DNA of 64,000 nucleotides, from contig NC_135830.1 of NCBI RefSeq assembly GCF_964213995.1, forward strand, positions 9,052,001 to 9,116,000. Direction: 5' to 3'. This document shows positions 11,801-24,150 of this stretch, in pieces. Positions within the stretch are counted from its first letter, which is position 1. Every line of letters starts with the position of its first letter. Source of the DNA: Mustelus asterias (Eukaryota). The notes under the pieces are model-generated. The model ran no database searches. It was given only the letters and a program-made list of their open reading frames with translations, and had not been told where the DNA came from. A program made the position numbers and the translations under genes.

Positions 11801-11888
11801 GAGCTCGTGCAGGATTTGAACTCATCATTTCGTGCACATTTGATCTCAAATACCAACATCAGGAATCATACCCCTGGAACAAAGAGTC
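11801..11888 (-). pseudogene. Degenerate tRNA-Pro-like sequence with a ~16-nt insertion in the anticodon loop
   Basis: GACTCTTTGTTCCAGGGGTATGATTC...GAGTTCAAATCCTGCACGAGCTC resembles tRNA-Pro GGCTCGTTGGTCTAGGGGTATGATTC...GGGTTCAAATCCCGGACGAGCCC. Confidence 0.5.
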
Positions 11889-12699
11889 TGCACTTGGGGT
11901 ACTTTCACCAAATTGTTCATTTTATTCCTATTAATAATTCCATCTTTCATAAGGTTGTATTAATAATTTGTTATGAATAGAATCTTGTCATCGCCCTAAC
12001 CAGCAAAGTCTCATAACAACTAAAATGTGCGTGTGTGTGTATATATATATATGTATATATATATACTGGTTATCAGCAAAGCATGTCATTAAGTCCAATA
12101 GGTTAAGCACAGATAGAATTAAAACCTCTCTCCACAATCTGGTATCACATTATAGGACAGGTATGGTATAGGTGTGATGCAGTACAAATCTCCCTCCACA
12201 TTATCCAATCACTCATTCCCAGATTCAGTGCCGCATGCGTTAGAAACAAACGGTAACCCTGACCAACGTGAGATCTCCCGATCCTGGGGAAAGTACATCG
12301 AGATGGGGAGTCATACTAACTGAAGGTAAAAGTAAGAGAGTGAGGGAGGGTCGGCCCTTGGCTGCGTGGGGCGGTGCACATGGTGAGTAATAGAGATTCG
12401 AGCAGAAAGGAACTTTAATTTTCAACTGTAACTACTCAGAGAAGTTCTTCTGAACACGCATGCAGGCCGTTCATTCTTCTCTCCTTGAAGTTGATATGAT
12501 ATGCAAGCAAATCAAATCTCGGAGCTGAAATCCAGGACTTTAGAATGAAAAGATCTCAGCTTCAGGAATGTAGGAACATACAAAGGACCAGACCAGAATC
12601 CTCAGGACATGCTGATATCATCCACAGCCTGTAGAAGGACATGATGAGATGGAAGTGGACAGAATCGTCAGGGCATGAAGGTTTGAATGTCATTGGTAG

Positions 12700-13140
12700 A
12701 CCCCTGGGGTGATATCTTGTGAATTCAGGGGGATAGCAACAGCAGAAATGAAGCAGGCAGAGAGAATCCCTGGGGTGATGCTCAGTTAGTTCAGGGGATA
12801 GACTCAGAGGAATGGAGCCGGGACAGAGGTTCCCTGGGGTGATGTTCAGTGAGTTCAGGGGATGGAGTCAGAGAGAAAGGAGCCGGGAAAGAGGATCCCT
12901 GGGGTGATGTTCAGTGAGTTCAGGGGGATGGAGTCAGAGGGAATGGAACAGGGACAGAGGATCCCTGGGGTGATGCTCAGTGAGTTCAGGGGATGGAGTC
13001 AGAGAGAAAGGAGCCGGGACAGAGGATCCCTGGGGTGATGCTCAGTTAGTTCAGGGGATAGACTCAGAGGAATGGAGCCGAGAGACAGGATCCCTGGGGT
13101 GATGTTCAGTAATTTCGGGGGATGGAGTCAGAGGGAATGG
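12700..13140. repeat. ~65-bp minisatellite, about 7 copies
   Basis: CCCTGGGGTGAT starts at ~12702, 12768, 12832, 12897, 12963, 13028 and 13092. Confidence 0.92.
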
Positions 13141-13610
13141 TGTCTATTGCGGATAATGCATCATCGAAATGGAATCAATGGGACAATGTTAATTGACACA
13201 AAAAGGACAGTGTGAAGCAGACAGTCACTGTGTGTTCACCAGAAAACGGAGCGTGTGCGTTTCCAACAGAACATGGGGGCAAAATATCTATTTGCGTGCT
13301 AAGAGAAAATGAGAAGCGGGAGTCTCTGTATCAGATTAAACCGCATTCTCTGGGAGCAGTTCCAATAATCTGTTTATCTGTTGTTTCAGATTGACCCCAG
13401 TATCTGGGAATTCTGCGTGTTTTCCCCTAGTATATCTCATCGGCCCCAATTGCTGACAATCATTGGAAATGTGTACGAATTGCATGTTTTTTGCAGAAAA
13501 CATCCCAGTCTCTCGTGGTTAATACCCAACTGTTCTCACCGAGTTTTATATCTGGCCGGTTGGAGTTTATCATAAAAAGGCAGCAGTAAAGCTGTCATTA
13601 CACGGATGGG

Positions 13611-13624
13611 CCGCTAGATGGCGG
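13611..13624 (+). promoter_or_regulatory. Candidate CTCF site
   Basis: CCGCTAGATGGCGG matches CCASYAGRKGGCRS at 13/14; lies just 3' of the IgM transcription unit. Confidence 0.55.
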
Positions 13625-14240
13625 AGTGACTCTTTCACTGAAGAGTCTTGAGTTGAAACACATCCCAGACAGTCTGGGGAAAAATCCCAGTCTGGGAAAA
13701 GGGGGAAACCGTGTAATAGGGAAAATAGAGCGGTGTCGATAGGCTTTGGAGAATAACTCAAAGTCTGACTTAGTTTTTTTTTCACTCTAGATTTATTTAA
13801 AAAAAACAGAGAACATGTAACAGAAACGTTTGTTTTAAAGTTGATAAAGCGAATAAGCTTCACATTGAAAATAGAAAACACCTGTTCCGAGCTGTCCAAA
13901 ATATGTACACATACAACAGACACAAGAAAGATTAAACAGGAGCTAAACATATCGGGAAATGAACAATTGTGAATAAGGAACGGGAAAAATCATTGAGTTA
14001 TACTTGAAATTTAAACTACAGGGAAACTATTAATTACAGTTTACATCACAACAAAAAATACCTCATACGTTTCATATTGAGAACTGAAATACCGGCCAGT
14101 ATTGTCTCAGTTAGAGATTCAGAATGATAAACCGAGGGAATTTTACTGTTAGATTCACCGAGAGCAGATATTGTATTTGAGCCATACAGAGATCATAATA
14201 ATCAGTTGAGGGAAATCTACAGCGTCCAAAATTCAACCCG

Positions 14241-14249
14241 TCACTTGAT
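14241..14249 (-). CDS. IGHM: IgM transmembrane exon TM2 (IK*)
   Basis: CTCTTTTACAG|ATC AAG TGA, in phase 0 with TM1; candidate AATAAA at 13797-13792. Confidence 0.85.
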   Translation of the reverse strand: MK

Positions 14250-14389
14250 CTGTAAAAGAGAGATACAATAATGAAGCAGATATTTATGATGCGGGGCATT
14301 AATGTTAGAGTTTTAAATCAATAAAACGTTCAGAGATTTTTCAAATCCCTTCTATCAGTTTGAAATGTGGATTAATTGAATCATCTCAC

Positions 14390-14517
14390 CTTCACCAGAG
14401 TGACAGCAGTGCTGTAAAAAATGCTCAGGAAGAACAGGACGATGAATGTGGAAGCGGTTGTCCAGATGTTGCTGTTGTCATCCTCATTGTTTTCAATCCA
14501 AATACGGTCTGTGGAAT
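14390..14517 (-). CDS. IGHM: IgM transmembrane exon TM1
   Basis: TAG|(D)[42 protein letters not shown]|GTGAG, with the conserved antigen-receptor TM motif; joins the internal Cmu4 donor at 18002/18001. Confidence 0.95.
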
Positions 14518-15079
14518 CTATGGGTGTCACAGCCGAGGAAATATAATTAGATTGTTTTATTTATCCAGCATAACTAAATATTACTTTGTATATTCCCATT
14601 TCTCCTTCCTAAGCTATTAATTCATTATCTAATTGAAGTTTCATATATATCTACTATTGAGTTCGTGACACTCAGTAACCGATCTCTGTAACTATTTTCA
14701 TACATGTTCTTTCTTACATTCCTCGTACAGACTGTATGGGAAAACATGGCAACTTTTCTTCAGTATCAGTCCATTTTCCAAAAATTTCATGCTACCTATT
14801 ATTGGAGAATATAATAATGTGTTTCGAGGGAGATTTGTGATCTGTTTATTTGTAAACTTTAAATGTTGCTATTTAAGAAGTCGAATGTGAGTTTCCATCT
14901 CGTTTGTTTATCTGTTATGGAAACACTTGTTATATTATTAACTTAAATCGGTTCCTCATTGAGAATATTGTTCAGTGTGTTTGTTGAGTTATTTTCTTAT
15001 TGGAACAATTGTTGGAGAAAATGTCTTTTAAAAAGTAACTTGAATTATACTTCCATCAAAAACCTCACTTTTGTGTTTG

Positions 15080-16600
15080 AGTTTGTTTGTGTTCGCATGC
15101 GCATTTCGCTTTGCACTATTACTTGTTTGCGTTCATGTACGTGTTAATGTGTGACCCTATGCCATTATGTTACTTTGTAAAATCATGTGTCTGCATCTGT
15201 GTGTACATTATGTTTCTCTGTCAATGTTTACATACGAGTGATTCATTGTGTTCAAGTCGCTCTTTATTTAGTAATGTCTATATGAAAACATGTTTATGCG
15301 TTCGTGCCTGTTAATAAATGTGCTAATATGCTTTTGCTCTTCCAACTATCTGTTAGTGCAGTAGTGTTTGTATCTGTGTGTGTGTGTGTGTGTGCGTTAA
15401 TGTGTTTTTGTACTTTGTTAGATCTTTATAAACATGATTTGATATATATTCATGTTCTCATTTGTATTAATGTGTGTGTTTGTGTTCTCTTGTTTATTGG
15501 CATGTTAATGTTTGCGTCTACATGTGCGTCTTTGAATATTTTGCCGTCTGTTGATCTAAGTATTTGTGTGATCATGTGTACTCTGTTAACGTGCGTCTGT
15601 GTGTCTATATTTGTGTGTGAGCATATGCATCTTTGAATCCATATTCTTTAATTAAGCTTCTTTTGCATTCCATGTCCTTGGGTGATTATACTCTTCTGCA
15701 TTTTGTATGTTTGTGTTTGCGTCTGCTTGCTTGCGTGTGCCTGCATCTGCGTTTGTGTGCATTTCTGTCTGCGTATTTATGGAGCCATGTTTTTTCTGTG
15801 TTTTTGTGTGTGTTTGTGTCTGTGTACAATTGTGCGTTTGTTTTCAGAAGTGTGTATTTAATGTGCATTTCGAGGATTCTATGATTTCAGTGTTTGTTTG
15901 TGTGTATACATGCGCATTTGCGTAAGTAATGTATGTGTGCGAACCGATGTGCGAATGTCTTTCCATGTCAGGGCTTGTGTGTGTCTGTGTGCATTGTGCA
16001 CGCTTGTAAATATGTGTCGATTTGCATGTGTTTTTCGTGTGTGCATGTGTGTGTCTTTGTGTGCGTGTGATTCTGTGCCTATGTATGTTTCTATGTGTAT
16101 TTCTCCGTTTATGTGAGTGCTTTTATGTGTGCACAAAAGTGTGTATCTTTGTGTCGGTGCATCTGTTTGTGTGTGTTTGCGTGTCTGACTGTCTGCCTTT
16201 ATGCTTCTGTGAATGTGTGTGATTGTGTGTACATGAGTTTGCACTTGTGTGAAATTGTGCGTTTATTGGCATATTTACATGGATATATATGTTTATTTTT
16301 GTACTTGTTTGTATAGGCTTATGCATCTGCGTATTTCTTTGTTTGAGTATTCGTGCGTATGCCTATATTTGTGTGTGTACATATTTGTGCGTGTTAGTAT
16401 GCTTGCTTTTGTGAAGGCCCATACGTTTACTTGTGTCTGTTTGTGTGTGTAATTTTTGTGCATGTTTGTGTTTTTCTTTGTGTATATTTCTTTGCCTGTA
16501 TTTGTGTTTCTGTATGTGTGTACTTACGTGTGTTTTTGTGGATGTGTGTTTCTGTGTGCGTGCGTGCAGATGTCTGGCATGTGTGTGTGCGTGTTGTTTT
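15080..16600. repeat. Degenerate (TG)n-rich low-complexity tract in the Cmu4-TM intron
   Basis: About 1.5 kb dominated by TG/TGTT/TGCG. Confidence 0.9.
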
Positions 16601-17109
16601 GTCAGTTGCCTGTATATTTACTACTGTACCAAGTTTCACAGGATGGAAATAATAGACCTTGACCCTGACGGGTGCGAATTATGGAGAATGTTTTCAACAT
16701 CCTCTGTTGATATTTCTCTTCTGTGAGATGCAAGGCGAAATTCGTTGAATTAATGCAACAATTTATTGATCCACATAAACATCAGGGATAGGTGTCTGAA
16801 AACCCAGGGAGGATACAGTCACCAGTTTAAATTTGGATTGTGAGAAATCAATGTTAGCAAACGATGAACAGAGTGTTTAAACTTTGAAAATAATGTTCCA
16901 TAAATATATATTCCACAACATGATTAGCATGTTGGAAGTTTAGAATTTGCAGCCAGAAAGGGAGAAAACCTTTGGTGACTGAGGAATTGCCATAGAAATC
17001 CAATCTCTTCCATATCTTCTGCTCGGGGATGGGGAGCATTGTGAGTTCATCGTTTCGTTCTCTCCTATGGACTGAGCACTTTCCATTTTGGTTTTCTCTG
17101 CTGAGGAGC

Positions 17110-17515
17110 TGTAGCTACAGTGGGTTCACTACTGCCCCTCCCCCTCACTTTGTTGGGGATGTGGGGGTACAGTGAATTAACTACACTCCCCTCTTCCTCT
17201 CTTTACTGGGAAATTGGGGGTAGAGTACATTAATTAATGTTCTTCCCCCTCTTTTTGGGGTGAGTGCTGATACAGTGGATTAACTACTCCTCTTTGTTGC
17301 GAAGGGAGGGTACAATGGTTTATCTAATGCCACTCCCACTCTCATTGTTGGTGGAGTGTGGGTAAAGTGGATTATCCAATGCTCCAACCCCCTCACTTTG
17401 CTGGGACAGTGGGATTACTGTGGATTACCTAATGCCCCTCCCCTCTCTTTGCTGGAGGAGTGGGAATCCAGTGTGTTAACAATTTCAATCCCCCCTCTCT
17501 CTGATGGGGGATTGC
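17110..17515. repeat. Degenerate ~55-60-bp tandem repeat, about 7 copies
   Basis: Recurring TACAGTGGATTA(A/C)CTA.TGCCCCTCCCCTC.CTTTG.TGGGG. Confidence 0.7.
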
Positions 17516-17939
17516 TGCTCTATGTCTGTGTGTGACCCTCACTTCAGTTCCGAGTGGATGTAGTCAGCAACTTAAAGCTGACATCAATGTTAATGGGATG
17601 GACAATGAGGGAAGCAGGAATACCAAGATCTAAATATGCGTATTTGTTTATCTGAAATATTCATTCGTTGGATTTCTCCCCAGCAGCAGGAAGGTTGGTG
17701 AAGCTATTTTTCAGAGTTTGGTAATGAATATGCTCCAGTCTGTCTCTAACCCAGGGTGCGTGTCACTGATATGGGAGCACTGATTCTACAAGACTTGTAA
17801 ATATGAGACCCAAACCAAAGAGACCTAAAAGAAGTAAAACTGGAAAACAATCAATTAAGCGATTGGTTATTTTCATTCATCATTGGACGAAAAGGCTTTT
17901 ATTATTTTTATTGAAGTGTCGAATATAAATGTATGATTC

Positions 17940-18331
17940 TCATTGACATGAATTAACGGTATCCATCAGTGCAAGAGAAATGTTCACAAAACTGGGTTTA
18001 CCGCTGGATTTGTCAACCGTTCTGTTGATGATCTTCAAGGGGATGGCTTCATGTCCCACCACACATGAGTAAGAAGCGCCACTGGCCCACTCCTCCGCTG
18101 CAATGGATAACAGGCTGTACATGAAGAAGGAGCCATTGCCGTTCTCCGCCACCACCTCTGTGTTCCTGTAGTTCCCGGGATTCACCGGCTTGTCATTGAT
18201 GGTCCACTTGACGAAGATCTCTCGGGGGGAGAAACCTCTCACTAAACAGCTGAGGGAGATGAATCTCTGAGCGGAGACGTCTTCCGCCGAGGGCAGGAGG
18301 ACAGAAACGGAGGGTTCCTGTGGATTTTTAA
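17940..18331 (-). CDS. IGHM: IgM Cmu4 exon plus secretory tailpiece
   Basis: (V)[42 protein letters not shown]...[49 protein letters not shown]. Tailpiece has the NIS glycan site and penultimate Cys; AATAAA at 17912-17907 and 17903-17898; internal G|GTAAA donor for the membrane form. Confidence 0.97.
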
Positions 18332-19050
18332 CTGTAGAAAATGTACAACATGCGTCAGTTTCGGAGGGAATGGAACTCCTGGATACTCCAGGTCATAGAG
18401 TTTTACAGCACGAAAAGAGGCCCTTCAGCCCAATGTGACTGCGCTGGCCATGAAACACCAATCTATTTTAATTCCATTATCCAGCACTTGATCCATAGCC
18501 TTGGATGCATTGGTGTTTCAAGGACTCATTTAAATGTTTCTTAAATGCTGTGAAGGTTCCTGCCCCTTCCAACCTTTCAGGCATTGAGTTGCACATTCAA
18601 AACACCCTCTGGGTGAAAAAGGTTCTCCACAAATGCCGTTCCTTCTCTTAAATCTATATCATCTGGTTGTTGACCCTTCCACGAAGGGGAGATGTTTCTT
18701 AATTATCTACCCGATCGAGAAAAGCGTATTTGATGCTGACTTTTAAAGGTTTCCAATTTTCATTTTGGGATTTGCCCAATTTTTCAGTTCGGAGCAGAGA
18801 TGGTTACGATCCATTTATTGGTGAACATTTCTGTCTGAACTAGAAAGTTACTTCAAGCTTACAGCACAGAAAGAGGCCATTCAGCTGAACTGGTCTGTTT
18901 TGCTGCTAAAGTTCAAATCACGTCCCTCCTCCCTTCTTACTCCATCTAAGCGTTGTCTTCTAATCATTGTTACTTCATCTACTTTTCACTTCTCACATCG
19001 AATTTATTATCTACAGACCCAGAGTGTTTAGTTACTAAAACTATCAATCA

Positions 19051-19374
19051 GGGGCGGCACGGTAGCACAATAGTTAGCACTGCTGCTTCACAGCTCCAGG
19101 GACCTGGGTTCGATTCCCGGCTTGGGTCACTGTCTGTGTGGAGTTTGCACATTCTCCTCGTGTCTGCGTGGGTTTGCTCCGGTTTCCTCCCACAGTCCAA
19201 AGATGTGCGGGTTAGGTTGATTGGCCAGGTTAAAAATTGCCCCTGAGAGTCCTGAGATGTGTAGGTTAGTGAGATTAGCGGGTACAATATGTGGGGGTAG
19301 GGCCTGGGTGGGATTGTGGTCGGTGCAGACTCGATGGGCCAAATGGCCTCCTTCTGCACTGTAGGGTTTCTATG
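19051..19374 (+). mobile_element. HE1/V-SINE-type tRNA-derived SINE, full length
   Basis: GGGGCGGCACGGTAGCAC...GGTTCGATTCCC B-box, core GGTTTCCTCCCACAGTCCAAAGATGTG, CR1-like 3' tail. Confidence 0.9.
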
Positions 19375-19472
19375 AGAAGGCGATTAATACACCGAATAGC
19401 AAAGATTGACTCAACCACTTACACTGGAAATATACACAATGACTCATTTATTGTTTCAGTCTGGCCGCTCAC

Positions 19473-19772
19473 CTTCTTCCTTGTGGATAGATAGTCTTAA
19501 AGGAGTTGGCTGATCCTCATTGCTCGCCACACATTCGAACACGTCCCCACTCTGCCAGGCTTGTGTCGAGATGTTTAATTTGCTGACTACACTGCCTGAA
19601 TGTTTCTCGACAATCTCTGATTTTAAAGGTTTCTTTCCTTGGCTCCAGGACATGTTGAATCCAGCGTAAGCGTTAGAAATGACACATGTTAAGGTCACGG
19701 TCGCCTCCAGTAGGACCTGTTCTATGGGAGGAGGCAGGAGAGTGATCCTGGAATTGGTGCATGTGGGAGAAT
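19473..19772 (-). CDS. IGHM: IgM Cmu3 exon
   Basis: 300-bp phase 1-1 exon: (D)[44 protein letters not shown]...[35 protein letters not shown]; CAG/GTGAG splice sites. Confidence 0.96.
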
Positions 19773-20100
19773 CTGTGAAGCAGAAATGAAAATGAACCTA
19801 AGTTTCATCTTCAGAATCAAGACAGCAGTATTCAGCCTTCACTTTCTGATGTAGTATAAAAAAACTTCGGGATATCAACCTCGAGATGTCGTCTTTAATC
19901 GTCTATACTGAATGGAAAGCCAGGTTGGTCTGCGAAAACTATTCAGTAAAATCGATTACTCCAGACGTTATTGTAATGAATCAGCATTGCAGCAATCCCT
20001 GTATAAATATATCATTCCTGACATCAGGAAGGCAATACTGAACGCTGATTTATAAATAGGGTGGGTGCACTTTCGAGCACAATACCTTGAAGCTGTTAAC

Positions 20101-21105
20101 ATATGAATATAAGAACTAGGAGCAGCAGTAGACCATCTGGCTCCTCGAGTCTACTCCGCCATTCAATAAGAACATGGCTGATATTTTCGTGCACTCAGAT
20201 CCACTCACCCGCCCGCTCATCATAACCCTTAATTCATTTACTGTTCAAAAAGCTATCTATTTTTGCCTTTAAAATATTCAGCAAGGTCGCCTCAACTGCT
20301 TAACTGGGCAGGAAATTCCATAGATTCACAACCCTTTGGATGAAGAAGTTCGTCCTTAACTCAAGCAGATATCGCCCCCCCCCTCCCCGCCTTATTTTGA
20401 GGATATGCCCCCTCGTTCTAGTTTCACACTCCAGTGGAAACCACCTCCTGCTGCTTTCTTTTCTACCCCTTCATGGTCTTACATGTTTCTAAAAGATCCC
20501 CCCTCATTCTTCTGAATTCCAATGGGTATAGTCCCAGTCCACACAATTTCTCCGCATAAGCCAACACTCCCAACTCCGCAATCAACCTAGTGACTTCTCG
20601 GCACCCCCTGCAGTGCCGGTTTATCCTTTCTCAAGTAAGGAGCCTAACGTTGTACACAATACTACAGCTGTTGCCTCAATTTATAAGCTGAACTTTTTAC
20701 AGCTGCACCATAACCTCCCTGTTTCTAAATTCCATCCCTCCAGCAATAAAGGACAAAATTCCATTTGCCTTCTTAATTACTGCTGCACCTACAAACCAAC
20801 ATTTTGAGATTCATGCACAAGGACACCCAGATCCCTCTGCACAGCCGAATGCAGCAATTTTCACCCCGGAATTAATAGTCAATTTTGCTGCTATTCCTAC
20901 CAACATTGTACTCCCTTGCCCTTGCCCACTCACTGAAACTATCTATATCCCTTTGCAGACTTTCAGTGTCCTCTGCACCCTTTGCTCTACCATTCATCTT
21001 AATGTCATCTGCGAACTTGTACACACTATACTTGGTCCCCAACTCCAAATCATCTTTGTAAACAATTGCGTCCCAACTCTGATCACTGAGGCAAACCACG
21101 ATCAC
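20101..21105 (-). mobile_element. Decayed CR1 LINE 3' fragment
   Basis: YKFADDIKM...ESLQRDID motif and a CR1-type 3' UTR. Confidence 0.85.
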
Positions 21106-21376
21106 TACTAGACACCTATCGTTTCCCCAAATACTATCAGCTCAGTAAACGCTGATATAAAGTCCACCTCACTCACTATATGAGATCAAAGTAGAGGGAA
21201 ACGTTCTGATGAAATCCTGAATGGTGAGCAATCCTAATGCAGCTCTTACACAGAAGCAAATACATGGCAGTAAATTAAAAGTTGTCCGCTGCTATGTACT
21301 GACTTTAATAATTCTTGATTTTTATTAAAATCAGAGCGTAAAATGATCAATTCCTCCCTCGGTTTGCATCTCTTAC

Positions 21377-21691
21377 CCAGAGATCCGGTGATGTTCTGAC
21401 TCTGGGTGAATCCTTGATGAGTGACCTGGCAGGTATAGACCGCTTTGCTGAACCATTCCCCAGCGGAGACTGTCAGCCGACTGCTCGCCGAGAAGCTCCC
21501 GTTCACTTCACAGACGGGAGAGGTGACAATTCCTGAATCCATGGGTTGTCCATTCTTCAGCCACTTCACCGTCATTGACTGTGCCTGGAAATCGACGATT
21601 GAACAGACGATGAATGCAAATTTGCTACTTGTGATTTCTTCACTGGAACTCACGGTGAGGATAACGGTTGGAGGGATGCCACCTTCAGGAC
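21377..21691 (-). CDS. IGHM: IgM Cmu2 exon
   Basis: 315-bp phase 1-1 exon: (C)[53 protein letters not shown]...[35 protein letters not shown]; AAG/GTAAG splice sites. Confidence 0.96.
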
Positions 21692-21757
21692 CTTGAGAAA
21701 ACACATATTAGTTATTTCCTACAGAAGATGTTGATCAATCAAACTTCTGTCTACATT

Positions 21758-22062
21758 AGAACATAGAACATAGAACATTACAGCGCAGAACAGGCCCTTC
21801 GGCCCACGATGTTGCACCGACCAGTTAAAAAAAAACTGTGACCCTCCAATCTAAACCAATTTCTTTTCGTCCATGAACCTATCTACGGATCTCTTAAACG
21901 CCCCCAAACTAGGCGCATTTACTACTGATGCTGGCAGGGCATTCCAATCCCTCACCACCCTCTGGGTAAAGAACCTACCCCTGACATCGGTTCTATAACT
22001 ACCCCCCCTCAATTTAAAGCCATGCCCCCTCGTGCTGGATTTCTCCATCAGAGGAAAAAGGC
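21758..22062 (-). mobile_element. CR1 LINE 3' end in the Cmu1-Cmu2 intron
   Basis: TRGHGFKL...FFTQRVVRDWNALP followed by a (TTCTATG)n tail. Confidence 0.9.
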
Positions 22063-22198
22063 TCATTTGCAGTCAATGGACATGAACCGGGACAATCCAG
22101 GGTCCGGATTATGCACATCTCTTTATGTGAGTTATAACCAAGGCCTTACACAGGTTAACCACAGCGTTTCTGTTTTACACAAGCTGCACAACACTTAC

Positions 22199-22498
22199 AT
22201 GGCATTTCAATGCTCTTGACTGAGTCGCTGTGTCGAACCTCACAGTCGATTTTGCTGCATTCTCCCTCTGACTCGGTGATGGTTAACTGGCTGCTCAGGG
22301 TATAGGTTCCCTTCGTGTTTCTCACTGACGGGTAAGTCTTAAACCCAGTGTTGATCGGCTGCCCATTTTTCTTCCAGGTCAGACTGGTGATTTCTGGGGA
22401 GTAGTCCATTGCCAAACATCCGTAGGTGACGGAGCCGTCAGTGTTGTGTTGCTGACAGGAGGAGACCAGGCTGTAGAGAATGGGCGGAGACGGTGTCG
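22199..22498 (-). CDS. IGHM: IgM Cmu1 exon
   Basis: 300-bp phase 1-1 exon: (A)[99 protein letters not shown]; light-chain-binding Cys present; CAG/GTAAGT splice sites. Confidence 0.96.
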
Positions 22499-23209
22499 CT
22501 GAGAAAGAATGGTCGATTGAAAAAGTTAGACACTGTTAATTGTGTTCTTTAAGCCATCAGACATTTAAAATTTTGACCAGAATTATGAACCTATCCTAAT
22601 ATTTCCCAATAAAACCGACACCACATTTAAGATTCGATTAGTTCTATGATTTAGGATATCTGTTCCCTCTGTAGGAACTCAAATCTCTTTCTCCGTCTCT
22701 GTCACACTGGAAAAAAAACATTTTGATGTTATCTGAATGACATAAATTGCACTGGATCAAAGGAGAAAAGCAGATGATTTTCTCTATTCTTGCAGCCACC
22801 ATTTATTTCTCAATCAACAGCACCTTGTGATGAGGAAATTGTCTCTTCATTCATTTCTTAGCAGTTTTGGGAATTGCTGGTGTTCAAACTGGCTGATGCT
22901 CTCAACACTCTCCACCTCATTTCCACCAAACATCCCAACCGCCCGCCTCCCACCAATCTCCAAAACCCCCAAACAAAGAATAGTGACTTTGCTTCAATAA
23001 TACCTTCAGGATGAATACTAATGTAATCACCATAAAACTCTCAAATGAATACCAACTCAAATGCTTGCAACATTCTCTAATCTTCGGATCATGCATTAAT
23101 AGTAGGAATAGGCCATTCGCTTCCTCAAGCCTCCTCCTCCATTCAGTGACATCATGGGTGAACTGATTGTGGGTGTAAACTCCATATTCCAACCCCTCCC
23201 TTCAGCCCA

Positions 23210-24150
23210 ATGACCAGCTGTCTACTCTTTCCTGACTCTCTGCTCGATCCTTCAGCTTTCTCTACTTTCCACCGGCTTCTGACGCTTTCCTCCATCTCTC
23301 TATCTGCTCTTTCATGTCTGTCCACACGTTCTCACCCCCTCTATGCTTTCCCCCAGCTCTCTGTCCTTTCTTCCGATTCTCTGCCCTTTCTTCCGGCTTT
23401 TTTCACTTGTCCCCGGCTCTCTATGCTCCCTCCCTACCCTTTATCCTGGCTCTCTGCAATTTCAGACCCATCCCCTCTCTCTGCTTTTATGTTTCCCCCA
23501 ACCCTCTAGACTTTCTCCCGACTCACTGTCGTTTCCTCCTGTTCCTTGCCCTTTTCCAACACTCTGTGCCCCCCTCCCCCCTCCCCCCCTCCCCATCCCA
23601 CTCTCTGTAGTTTCGCGCGGCTTTCCGCAATTACCTCCGTCATTCTGCCATTGCCCGGTTGTCTGTCCTTCCCACCACCTTTATGCCCTTTCTTCCGGAT
23701 CGCTGCCCTTCCCTCATCTCTATGCCCTTCCACCCTGTTCGCTGCCCTGTCCCCCGGCTCTCTGCCTTTTGCTCCGACTCTCTACCTTTTCTCCCGACAT
23801 TCTACTCTTCCCCCCGAATGTGTGCCCTTTTCCCCGTCTCCCTGTTCTTTTCGCCGGCTGTCTGCTCCTTCTCCCGGCTCTCTGCCCTTTCCCTCGGCTC
23901 TCTGCCCTTTCCCCTGGCTTTCTGTTCTTTCCCCGGCTCTCTTCCCTTTTCCCCATCTCCCTGTCCTTTCCCCAGCTCTCTGCCATTTCCCCTGAATCTC
24001 TGCACTTTCTCCCATCTCCCTGCCCTTCCCTACTGCTGTCTTCCCTTTCCCCCGGCTCTCTGCTCTTTCCCCAGCTATCTGCCCTTTCACGTAGCTCCTT
24101 GCCATTTTCCCTGGCCCGAGCCCCCGCGCTTCCCTACAGCTCTCTCCACT
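23210..24150. repeat. Degenerate ~20-bp polypyrimidine/polypurine repeat (CTCTGCCCTTTCCCCGGCT) in the J-C intron
   Basis: About 950 bp, almost all C/T on the + strand, with the recurring unit visible. Confidence 0.85.

Noticed and set aside
12700-13140. CRISPR-like array
   Set aside because: No unique spacers; a plain minisatellite in a vertebrate genome.
14959-16726. Many Cys/Val- or His/Thr-rich ORFs
   Set aside because: Translations of (TG)n low-complexity DNA; the same applies to 23210-25417 and 26400-28200.
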